Shown: positions 17,952 through 26,710, numbered from the stretch's first letter. The stretch: DNA of 64,000 bases from Burkholderiales bacterium (GCA_026416295.1 JAOAFL010000004.1:4311-68310); one strand, 5' to 3'. Numbers and translations are program-made. The notes: generated from the sequence alone by a model not told the origin.

Positions 17952-19587
17952 ACACGCTCCTGCGAAACGGTTCCGGACCCGCCCGGCGCACGACGTCGAC
18001 GAAGCGCTCGGCCTCGCTCTCGCGCAGCGCGAGATAGGTGCGCACGAGGCGCGCGACGGCGTCGGCGACTTCTTCGCCCGCGAGCGCCGGCCCGAGCACC
18101 TTGCCGAGCGCGGCCGGGCGCTCGCCGCCCTGATCGCCGCCGATTTCGAGCTGGTAGAACTCGGCGCCGTTCTTGTCGACGCCGAGGATGCCGATGTGGC
18201 CGACATGATGGTGGCCGCAGGCGTTCATGCAGCCCGAGATGTTCAGGTCGAGGTCGCCGACGTCGAGCAGCTCGTCGAGATCGGCGAAGCGGCGCTGGAT
18301 CGCCTCGGCGATCGGGATCGAGCGGGCGTTCGCGAGCGCGCAGTAGTCGCCTCCCGGGCAGGCGATCACGTCGGTGAGCAGCCCGGCATTCGGCGTCGCA
18401 AGCCCGAGGTCGCGGAGGGCCCGCCACAGCTCCGGAAGGTCGCGCTGGCGCACGTCGGCGAAAAGCAGGTTCTGCTCGTGCGTGACGCGCAGCTCGCCCT
18501 GCGCGTAGCGGTCGGCGAGGTCGGCGATCGCCGTCATTTCGTCGGCGGTGACGTCGCCCGGCGCGACCCCCGGGCGCTTGAGCGTGAGCGTCACCGCCGC
18601 GTAGCCCGGCTGCTTGTGCGGGTGAACGTTGCGGCGCCGCCAGGCGGCGAACGGTCGCGGCTCTTCGGCGAAGTCGAGGTCCGCAAGCGGCTCGTACACC
18701 GGCTGGGTGAAGCGCGACGCGACCCGGCGCACCTCGTCCTCGGTGAGCGTCTGCGGGCCACCGCGCAGCTGCGCCCACTCCGCCTCGACCGCGTCGCGGA
18801 AGCGATCGATGCCCCAGTCCCGCACCAGCACCTTGAGGCGCGCGCGGTGCGGGTTGTCGCGCCGCCCGAAGCGGTTGTAGGTGCGCAGGATCGCCTCGAG
18901 ATACCCGAGCAGGTCCCGCCACGGCACGAAGTCGCGGATCACCTGCCCGACGATCGGCAGGCGCCCGAGGCCGCCGCCCACGATGACGCGAAACCCGGTC
19001 TCGCCGCAGGGGGCGCGCCGCGCCTGCAGGCCGATGTCGTGCACGAAGGTCGCGGCGCGGTCGGCCGGCGAACCGCTCACCGCGATCTTGAACTTGCGCG
19101 GCAGGAAGCCGAATTCCGGGTGCAGCGTGGCCCACTGGCGCACGATCTCGCACCAGACGCGGGCATCGACGATCTCGTCGCGCGCGACGCCCGCCAGATG
19201 ATCGACCGTGACGTTGCGCACGCAGTTGCCCGAGGTCTGGATGGCGTGCAGCTGCACGGCGGCGAGCTCGGCGAGGATGTCGGGTACCTGCTCGAGACGC
19301 ACCCAGTTGAGCTGCAGGTTCTGGCGCGTGGTGAAGTGGCCGTAGCCGCGGTCGTAGCGGCGCGCGATGTCGGCGAGCGCGCGCAGCTGCCGCGTCGAGA
19401 GCATGCCGTAGGGGATCGCGATGCGCAGCATCGGCGCGTGCCTCTGGAGGTACAGGCCGTTGCGCAGCCGCAGCGCCCGGAAGTCGTCCTCCGAGAGCCG
19501 GCCGGCGAGGTAGCGCCGCGTCTGCTCGCGGAACTCGCGCACGCGCGCATCGACGATGCGCTGATCGATGTCGTCGTAGAGGTACAT
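17899..19587 (-). CDS. cysI: assimilatory sulfite reductase hemoprotein (nitrite/sulfite reductase family)
   Basis: 562 aa. It has the repeated NIR_SIR ferredoxin-like halves and the sirohaem/4Fe-4S Cys cluster (VIACPGGDYCALA...ISGCMNACGHHH). Confidence 0.9.
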   Translation of the reverse strand: MYLYDDIDQRIVDARVREFREQTRRYLAGRLSEDDFRALRLRNGLYLQRHAPMLRIAIPYGMLSTRQLRALADIARRYDRGYGHFTTRQNLQLNWVRLEQVPDILAELAAVQLHAIQTSGNCVRNVTVDHLAGVARDEIVDARVWCEIVRQWATLHPEFGFLPRKFKIAVSGSPADRAATFVHDIGLQARRAPCGETGFRVIVGGGLGRLPIVGQVIRDFVPWRDLLGYLEAILRTYNRFGRRDNPHRARLKVLVRDWGIDRFRDAVEAEWAQLRGGPQTLTEDEVRRVASRFTQPVYEPLADLDFAEEPRPFAAWRRRNVHPHKQPGYAAVTLTLKRPGVAPGDVTADEMTAIADLADRYAQGELRVTHEQNLLFADVRQRDLPELWRALRDLGLATPNAGLLTDVIACPGGDYCALANARSIPIAEAIQRRFADLDELLDVGDLDLNISGCMNACGHHHVGHIGILGVDKNGAEFYQLEIGGDQGGERPAALGKVLGPALAGEEVADAVARLVRTYLALRESEAERFVDVVRRAGPEPFRRSVYGDRDQERAHRPRSAAA

Positions 19588-19671
19588 CGCTACCGCGCCG
19601 GACTCGCCGGCGTGGCGCGCCCTCGCCCGGGTGTGGGCGAGCGCTCGTATCGCATCTGCATGGCGAGCGCG

Positions 19672-19699
19672 ATGGTAGCCGCGCCCGTTATGCTGTCAA
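19672..19699 (-). promoter_or_regulatory. candidate sigma-70 promoter for cysI: TTGACA-16 nt-TACCAT
   Basis: The minus strand reads TTGACAgcataacgggcgcggcTACCAT, about 85 nt upstream of the cysI ATG (19587). Confidence 0.5.
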
Positions 19700-19725
19700 A
19701 GACTTTTGCGTCAGTCTGTTATGCT
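19687..19725. promoter_or_regulatory. direct repeat GTTATGCT (19687-19694 and 19718-19725), candidate CysB operator half-sites
   Basis: Two identical 8-mers lie 31 bp apart in the AT-richest part of the cysB-cysI divergent region. One abuts the cysI -35 and the other overlaps the cysB -10. Confidence 0.35.
19720..19725 (+). promoter_or_regulatory. candidate -10 box TATGCT, 8 nt upstream of the cysB ATG (possible leaderless transcript)
   Basis: ctgtTATGCTttcagcgcATG, with no Shine-Dalgarno. Confidence 0.35.
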
Positions 19726-19733
19726 TTCAGCGC

Positions 19734-20678
19734 ATGACGCTGCGACAGCTGCGCTACCTCGTCGAAGTCGCGCGCCGGCGCCTGAACGTGTCGGCGGCGG
19801 CCGAGGCGCTGCACACCTCGCAGCCGGGGGTGAGCCGCCAGATCCAGGCGCTCGAGCGCGAACTCGGCGTCGAGGTCTTCGTGCGCCGCGGCAAGCGCCT
19901 TGCGGCGATCACCGAGCCGGGGCGCGCGCTGCTCGCGATCGCCGAGCGCGTGCTCGCGGAAGTCGCGAACCTCAGGCGCGCCGGCGCCGACTACGCGCAC
20001 CCGAAGCTCGGCACGCTCACCATCGCGACCACGCACACGCAGGCGCGCTACGCGCTGCCGCGCACCGTCGCCCTCTTCAAGCGCCGCTACCCGTCGGTCG
20101 ATCTCGTCATCCACCAGGGCAACCCGACGCAGATCTGCGAGCAGGTCGCCGCCGGCGAAGCCGACTTCTGCATCGCCACCGAGGCGATCGCCGACTACCC
20201 CGAACTGGTTTCGCTGCCCTGCTACCAGTGGAACCGTTGCGTCGTCGTCCCGCCCAAGCACCCGCTGCTCAAGGTCCGGCCGCTCACGCTGGAGGCGATC
20301 GCCCGCTACCCGATCGTCACCTACGATTTTGCGTTCGCCGGGCGCTCGGCGATCAACCGCGCGTTCGAGGCGCGGGGTCTCGCGCCGCACGTGGTGCTCA
20401 CCGCGCTCGACTCCGACGTGATCAAGACCTACGTCGAGCTGGGGCTCGGCGTCGGCATCCTCGCGGCGATGGCGTTCGATCCGCGGCGCGACCGGCCGCT
20501 TCGGGCGCTCGATGCGGCGCACCTGTTTCCCACCAGCACCACGCGCCTCGGCATCCGGCGACGCGCGTACCTGCGCCGCTACGCGTACGATTTCATCGAG
20601 ATGTTCGCGCCCCACCTTTCGCGCGCGCTCGTCGAGCGCACGGTGATGGAGCAGGCCGGCTCCCGCTACGAGCTGTAG
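19734..20678 (+). CDS. cysB: LysR-family regulator of sulfur assimilation, CysB/Cbl type
   Basis: 314 aa reading MTLRQLRYLVEVARRRLNVSAAAEALHTSQPGVSRQIQALERELG...THTQARYALP. It is divergent from cysI. Confidence 0.9.
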   Translation: MTLRQLRYLVEVARRRLNVSAAAEALHTSQPGVSRQIQALERELGVEVFVRRGKRLAAITEPGRALLAIAERVLAEVANLRRAGADYAHPKLGTLTIATTHTQARYALPRTVALFKRRYPSVDLVIHQGNPTQICEQVAAGEADFCIATEAIADYPELVSLPCYQWNRCVVVPPKHPLLKVRPLTLEAIARYPIVTYDFAFAGRSAINRAFEARGLAPHVVLTALDSDVIKTYVELGLGVGILAAMAFDPRRDRPLRALDAAHLFPTSTTRLGIRRRAYLRRYAYDFIEMFAPHLSRALVERTVMEQAGSRYEL

Positions 20679-21904
20679 CCGCGCGCGTCGTGGCGGCGAA
20701 TGAAGTCGCGCACGCGCGGGTAGATCGTCTCGCGCCAGCGCCGGCCCGAGAAGATCCCGTAGTGACCCACCCCGGGCGCGCGCAGATGCTCGCGCATCGG
20801 CCCCGGGATGTTCAGGCAGAGCGCGTGCGCCGCCTCGGTCTGCCCGTTGCCGGAAATGTCGTCCAGCTCGCCCTCGACGGTGAAAAGCGCCGTCTCCCGG
20901 ACGAGCGACGGTCGCACCAGGCGACCGCGCACGAGCATCCGGCCCCTTGCGAGCGCGAATTCCTGGAACACGGTGCGCACGGTGTCGAGGTAATACTCGG
21001 CCGGCAGGTCGAGCACCGCGTTGTACTCGTCGTAGAACTCGCGGTGCTTCTCGGCCGACTCGTCGTCGCCGCGCACCAGCCGGTGAAAATACTCCCAGTG
21101 CGCCTCCAGGTGCCGGGCCGGATTCATCGCGACGAAGCCGAGGTGTTGCAGGAATCCCGGGTACACCCGCCGCATGAACCCGGGATAGTTCGGCGGCACG
21201 CGCGCGATCAGGTTGCGTTCGAACCAGCCGTAGGAGTGGCGCCGCGCGAGGCTGTTCACCGCGGTCGGGCTGCGCCGCGCATCGATCGGCCCGCCCATCA
21301 TCACCATGCTGCGGGGCGCGGGCTCGCCGTCCTCGGCCATCAGCGCCACCGCCGCGAGCACCGGCACGGTCGGCTGACAGACCGAGATCACGTGCAGGCC
21401 CGGCGATAACAACCGGATGAACTCGCGCACGTAATCCACATAGTCGTCGAGGTGAAACGGCCCCTCGCGCAGCGGCACCATGCGCGCATCGGCCCAATCG
21501 GTCACCCAGACGTCGTGCTCGGCGAGGAGCGTGCGCACGGTGTCGCGCACGAGCGTCGCGTGGTGGCCCGAAAGCGGCGCGACCACCAGCACCTTCGGGT
21601 CGTCTCGGGGCTCGGCGAGCCCGCGGCGAAAGTGCAACAGCCGGCAAAACGGCTTCGTCGCCGCGGTCTCGATCGCGACCGGAACCGTCAGGCCGCGCAC
21701 GCGCACCTCGGCGATTCGCCAGGCCGGCTTTTCGTACCGCTGCGTGATGCGCAGAAAAAGGTCGCTTCCGGCCGCGATGCGGCGCGCGCCGGGCGTCCAG
21801 GCGAGCGGGCTGAAGGGGTGAGCGAACCAGCCGCGCGTCGCCTCGGCGAACTGCCGCCAAGGCCCGAGCAGCTGGTGATGCGCTTCGTAAAGGCTGTAGA
21901 GCAC
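20666..21904 (-). CDS. phaZ: intracellular polyhydroxyalkanoate depolymerase
   Basis: 412 aa with a GTG start preceded by AAGAGG. It reads MLYSLYEAHHQLLGPWRQFA...VVAPLSGHHATLVRDTV. The 3' end overlaps cysB by 13 nt (convergent). Confidence 0.85.
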   Translation of the reverse strand: MLYSLYEAHHQLLGPWRQFAEATRGWFAHPFSPLAWTPGARRIAAGSDLFLRITQRYEKPAWRIAEVRVRGLTVPVAIETAATKPFCRLLHFRRGLAEPRDDPKVLVVAPLSGHHATLVRDTVRTLLAEHDVWVTDWADARMVPLREGPFHLDDYVDYVREFIRLLSPGLHVISVCQPTVPVLAAVALMAEDGEPAPRSMVMMGGPIDARRSPTAVNSLARRHSYGWFERNLIARVPPNYPGFMRRVYPGFLQHLGFVAMNPARHLEAHWEYFHRLVRGDDESAEKHREFYDEYNAVLDLPAEYYLDTVRTVFQEFALARGRMLVRGRLVRPSLVRETALFTVEGELDDISGNGQTEAAHALCLNIPGPMREHLRAPGVGHYGIFSGRRWRETIYPRVRDFIRRHDARGYSS

Positions 21905-22003
21905 GCCTCTTTCTCAGGGCAAGGATCGAAGGCGGCGGATTTATAACAGCTTTGTGGCGACGCAGCATGCGCGTTTCGCCGTCTCCTTGCGCGCATCGGA
22001 CGC

Positions 22004-22009
22004 TATCCT
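22004..22009 (+). promoter_or_regulatory. candidate -10 box TATCCT, 6 nt upstream of the GTG at 22016
   Basis: cgcTATCCTttcggcGTG, with no Shine-Dalgarno. Confidence 0.3.
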
Positions 22010-22015
22010 TTCGGC

Positions 22016-24421
22016 GTGCGGCGGCTCGTTCGCTTGGCGGCGTCGATCCTTGCGCTTGCGGTTCTCGCAGGCGTAGCCGCGTACCTTTACCTCCTTCGCT
22101 CGCTGCCGCAAACGCGGGGCGACATTCGTCTCGCCGGACTCGGCGGCCCGGTCGAAGTCCTTCGCGACCGCTACGGCATTCCGCACATCCATGCGCAGAG
22201 CCTGACGGACGCGGTGTTCGCGCTCGGCTTCGTGCACGCGCAGGACCGGCTCTGGCAAATGGAGATCAATCGGCGCATTGCCGCCGGGCGGCTCTCGGAG
22301 GTGGTCGGCCCCGCAGGACTCGAGACCGACCGGTTCCTTCGCACGCTCGGCATCCGGCGCGCTGCCGAGGCGAACCTGAACGCGCTGGACGAGGAAACCC
22401 GATCGCTCCTTCGCGCGTACGCCGACGGCGTGAACGCGTTTCTCGCGACCGATCCGGTGCTGCCGGTCGAGTTCTGGTTGACCGGCGTGCGGCCCGAGCC
22501 GTGGACGCCCGCCGACTCGATCGCCTGGGTGAAGATGATGGCCTGGGACCTCGGCGGAAACTGGAGGAGCGAGGTGCTGCGCATGCGCCTTGCGAAGACG
22601 CTGCCGCTTTCGCGCATCCACCAGTTCCTGCCGCCGTATCCGGGCGAGTCGCCGCCCGAAATCGCAGACCTCAAGGCGCTCTATGGGTCGCTCGAGCGCG
22701 GCGCGGTGCAGATCGCCGAGGACCTCGTGCGGCTCGTGGCGAGCGCCCCCGGCGCGGACGGCGACTCGCTCGGCTCGAACAACTGGGCCGTCTCGGGCGA
22801 GCGCAGCGCAAGCGGCAAGCCGCTTCTTGCGAACGACCCGCACCTCGGGCTCACCGCGCCGCCGGTGTGGTACTTCGCGCATCTTTCCGCGCCGGGGGTG
22901 AACGTGATCGGCGCCACGCTGCCTGGGGTGCCTGCGGTCGTGCTCGGGCGAAACGACCGCATCGCCTGGGGTTTCACCAACACCGGGCCGGACGTTCAGG
23001 ACCTCTACCTGGAAAAGCTCGACGCCGCCGGCAACTATCTCGCGCCCGACGGTCCGCGGCCGTTCCGCGTCGTCGAGGAGACGATCCGGGTGAAGGGCGC
23101 CGAACCCGAACGGCTGCGGGTGCGCATTTCGCGCCACGGCCCGGTGATCTCTGACGTCTCCCGCCCGGCGGCGGAGGCCGCGCCGCGCGGTTATGCGGTC
23201 GCGCTCGCCTGGACCGCGCTCGCCGAGGACGACCGAACGATGCAGGCGGCGATCAAGATCGCGCGCGCTCGCGACTGGGAGAGCTTTCTCGAAGCGGCGC
23301 GCGACTTCCACACCCCGCAGCAGAACATGGTCTATGCCGACGTCGAGGGCAACATCGGCTTCGTCGCCGCCGGCCGCGTTCCGGTGCGAAAGCCGGAGAA
23401 TGACCTCAAAGGCATGGCGCCCGCACCGGGCTGGCTCGCGAAATACGACTGGGCGGGCTACATCCCGTTCGAGGAGCTGCCGCGCGCGTTCAATCCGCCC
23501 TCCGGCGCGATCGTCACCGCGAACCACCGCATCACGCCGCAGGGCTACGCGCGCTTCATCACGAGCGAATGGCAGCCGCCGTATCGCGCCGAGCGCATCC
23601 GCGCGCTGCTCGAGGCTTCGCCGAAGCACACCGTCGAGAGCTTTGCGCGCATCCAGGCCGACGTGCTTTCGCTCGCGATGCGCGAGCTGCTGCCGAGGCT
23701 TCTTGCCGCGCGGCCGCGAAGCGAGGAGGCGCGCCGCGCGCTCGCCTCACTCGCGACGTGGGACGGCACGATGGCAAGCGATCGGCCCGAGCCGCTCATC
23801 GCCTGGGGGTGGTGGCGGGAGCTTGCGCGCGCGATCTACGCCGACGAGCTCGCGGACGCGTTTCGCGCGAACTGGCGCGAGCGCGCGCGCTTTCTCGCGA
23901 AAGTCCTCTCGGGCGAGGCGGCCGAATGGTGCGACGACGTTCGCACCGCCGCCGTCGAGACCTGCGAGGAGCAACTGGCGGTCTCGCTCGAGGCCGCGCT
24001 TTCGGACCTGAAGAAACGCTACGGCGAGGACATGAAGGCGTGGCGCTGGGGCCGCGCGCACGAGGCGCGGCACGAGCACCGCCCGCTCGGCCGCCAGCCC
24101 CTTCTTGCGCGGCTTTTCGACATCGCGGTGCCCTCGCCCGGGGACGCCTACACGGTGAACGTCGGGCGCAGCAACTTCAACGACGAGGCGCGCCCGTTCG
24201 CGAACCGCCACGCCGCGAGCCTGCGCGCGATCTACGACCTCGCCGATCCCGAACGCTCCCTCTTCATCCACTCCGGCGGTCAGTCGGGTAACGTCCTCTC
24301 GCCCCACTACGCCGCTTTTTCAGAGGCGTGGGCGAAGAACGAATACATCCCGATGGTCACGCGGCGCGAGACGCTCGAGGCGCAGCCGCACGAGAAACTG
24401 CGCCTTCTGCCGGCGAAGTGA
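22016..24421 (+). CDS. penicillin acylase family Ntn-hydrolase (possible acyl-homoserine-lactone acylase), N-terminally membrane anchored
   Basis: 801 aa with the N-terminal TM LAASILALAVLAGVAAYLYLL. It has the alpha-subunit motifs GIPHIHA...GFVHAQDRLWQM and the predicted autoprocessing nucleophile in G-SNNWAVSG. Confidence 0.85.
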   Translation: MRRLVRLAASILALAVLAGVAAYLYLLRSLPQTRGDIRLAGLGGPVEVLRDRYGIPHIHAQSLTDAVFALGFVHAQDRLWQMEINRRIAAGRLSEVVGPAGLETDRFLRTLGIRRAAEANLNALDEETRSLLRAYADGVNAFLATDPVLPVEFWLTGVRPEPWTPADSIAWVKMMAWDLGGNWRSEVLRMRLAKTLPLSRIHQFLPPYPGESPPEIADLKALYGSLERGAVQIAEDLVRLVASAPGADGDSLGSNNWAVSGERSASGKPLLANDPHLGLTAPPVWYFAHLSAPGVNVIGATLPGVPAVVLGRNDRIAWGFTNTGPDVQDLYLEKLDAAGNYLAPDGPRPFRVVEETIRVKGAEPERLRVRISRHGPVISDVSRPAAEAAPRGYAVALAWTALAEDDRTMQAAIKIARARDWESFLEAARDFHTPQQNMVYADVEGNIGFVAAGRVPVRKPENDLKGMAPAPGWLAKYDWAGYIPFEELPRAFNPPSGAIVTANHRITPQGYARFITSEWQPPYRAERIRALLEASPKHTVESFARIQADVLSLAMRELLPRLLAARPRSEEARRALASLATWDGTMASDRPEPLIAWGWWRELARAIYADELADAFRANWRERARFLAKVLSGEAAEWCDDVRTAAVETCEEQLAVSLEAALSDLKKRYGEDMKAWRWGRAHEARHEHRPLGRQPLLARLFDIAVPSPGDAYTVNVGRSNFNDEARPFANRHAASLRAIYDLADPERSLFIHSGGQSGNVLSPHYAAFSEAWAKNEYIPMVTRRETLEAQPHEKLRLLPAK

Positions 24422-25117
24422 TCAGGGGCAAAGGAACCCCGCCGCCTCGGCGAGCGTCGCCACCACCCCGTCGGAGACGATCTCCCCGAGCGCCCGGCCC
24501 TCGCGGTAACCGTAGGGTACGAGCAATACCCGGCAGCCGGCGGCGCGCGCGCCCTCGGCGTCGTTCGCCGAATCGCCGATCGCGCAAGCTTCCTGAGGCG
24601 CCACCGCGAGCCGCCTGCAGGCGGCGAGAAAGATCGCCGGATCGGGCTTTCGCGCACCGGCGATGTCGGCAGTCATCACCGCGTCGAAGAACGGCGCGAG
24701 GACGGCGCCTTCGAGAAGCGGCAGCGTGAAGCGCGAGGGCTTGTTCGTGACGCAGGCGAGGCGAAGGCCTTTCTCGCGCATCGCCGAAAGCCCTTCGAGC
24801 ACGCCGGGATAGGGCGCCGCCCGGCGGCCGTTTTCGCGTTCGTAATGTGCCGCGAACGCCGCCTGCGCGCGCGAGAAAAGCTCAGGTTCCGGCTCGCGCC
24901 CGATCGAAGCGCGCAGGCAGCGCTCGACCAGGGCGGCGATTCCGCGCCCGACGAAGTCGCGCACCTGGGCGGGCTCGACCGGCGCAAGGCCAAGCTGCGC
25001 GAGCATCGCGTTCGCCGCCGCCGCGAGATCGGGCACGGTATCGAGGAGCGTGCCGTCGAGATCGACGAGCGCCGCGCGCACCCCGGCGAGCGCACGGGCG
25101 GACGGCCGGTCGCTCAT
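24422..25117 (-). CDS. gph: phosphoglycolate phosphatase (HAD superfamily)
   Basis: 231 aa from the internal ATG at 25117. Motifs are LVDLDGTLLDT, VTNKP and GDSANDAEGARAAG. The stop abuts the acylase stop (TGATCA). Confidence 0.85.
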   Translation of the reverse strand: MSDRPSARALAGVRAALVDLDGTLLDTVPDLAAAANAMLAQLGLAPVEPAQVRDFVGRGIAALVERCLRASIGREPEPELFSRAQAAFAAHYERENGRRAAPYPGVLEGLSAMREKGLRLACVTNKPSRFTLPLLEGAVLAPFFDAVMTADIAGARKPDPAIFLAACRRLAVAPQEACAIGDSANDAEGARAAGCRVLLVPYGYREGRALGEIVSDGVVATLAEAAGFLCP

Positions 25118-25371
25118 GGCTGCACCGGCGCCCGCACCGAGTCCCGCTGCACCTCGAGCCCGAGCCGCACGATCTCGCAATACCCCGCCTCCGGAAACGC
25201 CGTTCGCAGCGCCGGGATTTCCGCCGACTCCAGAAGCAGCACGAAGTCCACCTCCGCGGTGAGGCGCGGCTCGCCATAGAGGCTCGCCGCCACCGAACCG
25301 GTGATGCAGTAGGGTAGCGCCGGACGCTCCAGCGGCTCGATGAACGGCGCAAACGGGCTAGGCGCCGGCAC
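25114..25371 (-). pseudogene. truncated nucleotidyltransferase-fold protein (N-terminal ~60-85 aa only)
   Basis: LPYCITGSVAASLYGEPRLTAEVDFVLLL is the GS...D.D nucleotidyltransferase core. The ORF ends after 85 aa where gph starts (4-nt overlap). Family members I recall are about twice as long. Confidence 0.4.
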
Positions 25372-25555
25372 GAAGGAGCGAGCGGCGCGCTTTGCGCGCG
25401 AGCTTCTGCGCCGGACAGTCCGGGTGCGCCATGCGCAGCCCTTCGATGCGCAGACGGATGCCGGCCTCGTAAAGGCGCGCCACCCTCTCGAGCTTCTCTG
25501 CGGGCGTCGCCTTCTTCGGAGCTTCGAGCTGTACCGGGTGGATCGGCTCGCGCAT
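25358..25555 (-). CDS. small helical protein, upstream partner of the truncated nucleotidyltransferase
   Basis: 65 aa from the ATG at 25555: MREPIHPVQLEAPKKATPAEKLERVARLYEAGIRLRIEGLRMAHPDCP.... It overlaps the downstream ORF by 14 nt. Confidence 0.35.
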   Translation of the reverse strand: MREPIHPVQLEAPKKATPAEKLERVARLYEAGIRLRIEGLRMAHPDCPAQKLARKARRSLLRAGA

Positions 25556-25615
25556 CGCGCCGCCGATCCTACACCGGCGCTGCACCCGGCGCCGCGGCCG
25601 TGTTCGGGCCGCCGA

Positions 25616-26710
25616 TCAGCCGCTATCCCGCGCCCGCGCGCGCAGGTAGAGGTTGTTCGCCGCGAGCGCGCCGACCACCAGTGCCGCGCCGCCGATCTCC
25701 GTCGCGCTGAAGCGTGCGCCGAGGGAGGCCTCGATCGCGAACACGATCACCGGGATGAGGTTCAACGCGAGCATCGCGTTGAGCGCCCCGAGGTGCTTCA
25801 CCCCGTTGTTGAACCCGAGCACGCCGAGGACCACGGTAAAGACGGCGAAATACGCGAGTTGCCACTTGACCGAGAGCACGTCCTCGAGCGCGGGCAGCGC
25901 CGACCAGCCGGCGGCGATCGCGAGCGCGTTGACGGCGACGAGGCCGACGGTCCCGGGAATCGCGGTGAGCACGGTCATCCGCAGCGGCGACCAGCCGGCG
26001 AAGTGCGCGCCCGCGAGCGTGTAGGTCACCCAGCTCACCGCACCGAGAAAGACGAGCAGGTCGCCGAAGAGCGATCCCCCTTCGAAGACGCGCCGCGGAT
26101 CGCCCTTGGTGACGACGAGCAGCACGCCGGCAAAAGCGGCGGCGACGCAGCCGAGGGTGAAGGGCGCGGGGCGCAGGCCGCGCGCAAGCCAGAGCGCGAG
26201 CGCGGTCATCGGCGTCTGAAGCGCCATGATGATCGAGGCGTGCTCCGGGCGAGTGAACGCAAGGCCCCACCACACGAGCACGTTGAAGCCGGTGAAGCCG
26301 ACGAGACCGTACACCGCGGCGGCGAGGAACCGCCCGCCGTAGTCGAGCGCGCGCGCGCCCTCGGCCGCCCAGAGGATCGCGACGAAGAGCGCGATTCCGA
26401 GCGCATAGCGCGCCGAACCGAGAAAAAAGGCATCGAGCACCGGCAGCGTCCGCTTCGCTACCGGAAAAAGCGGCCCCCAGGAGGCGATCGCGACCGCGAG
26501 CCACAGCGCGCCGGCGAGCGGCCGCGTCGGCTCGTGCGCGGGGGCGTTCAGGCCGAGAGCGGCGGAAGCGTCGCGCGCGCCGCCTCCCAGTTCGCGCCGT
26601 CGAACGGCCGCACCGAGACCGAGCGGATCGTCGAGCGGTCGAGGCAGCGCAGGTTGACGCTGTAGCCCTCGGGGTGCGAACGCGGCACGTAGAAGGGCTT
26701 GCAGCCGCAC
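25616..26710 (-). CDS. DMT superfamily (EamA-like) transporter; start codon uncertain
   Basis: About 10 TM helices and two EamA-like halves. The only canonical in-frame start upstream of TM1 is the GTG at 26710, which overlaps the GFA gene by 163 nt. The alternative is the CTG at 26551, just after the GFA stop. Confidence 0.75.
   Translation of the reverse strand: MRLQALLRAAFAPRGLQRQPALPRPLDDPLGLGAAVRRRELGGGARDASAALGLNAPAHEPTRPLAGALWLAVAIASWGPLFPVAKRTLPVLDAFFLGSARYALGIALFVAILWAAEGARALDYGGRFLAAAVYGLVGFTGFNVLVWWGLAFTRPEHASIIMALQTPMTALALWLARGLRPAPFTLGCVAAAFAGVLLVVTKGDPRRVFEGGSLFGDLLVFLGAVSWVTYTLAGAHFAGWSPLRMTVLTAIPGTVGLVAVNALAIAAGWSALPALEDVLSVKWQLAYFAVFTVVLGVLGFNNGVKHLGALNAMLALNLIPVIVFAIEASLGARFSATEIGGAALVVGALAANNLYLRARARDSG

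Noticed and set aside
20666-20678. A 13-nt convergent overlap of the cysB and phaZ 3' ends, and the zero-gap convergent junction of acylase and gph at 24421/24422.
   Set aside because: Both are explained by late stop codons in compact GC-rich DNA. No hairpin or other element is present to suggest a special function.
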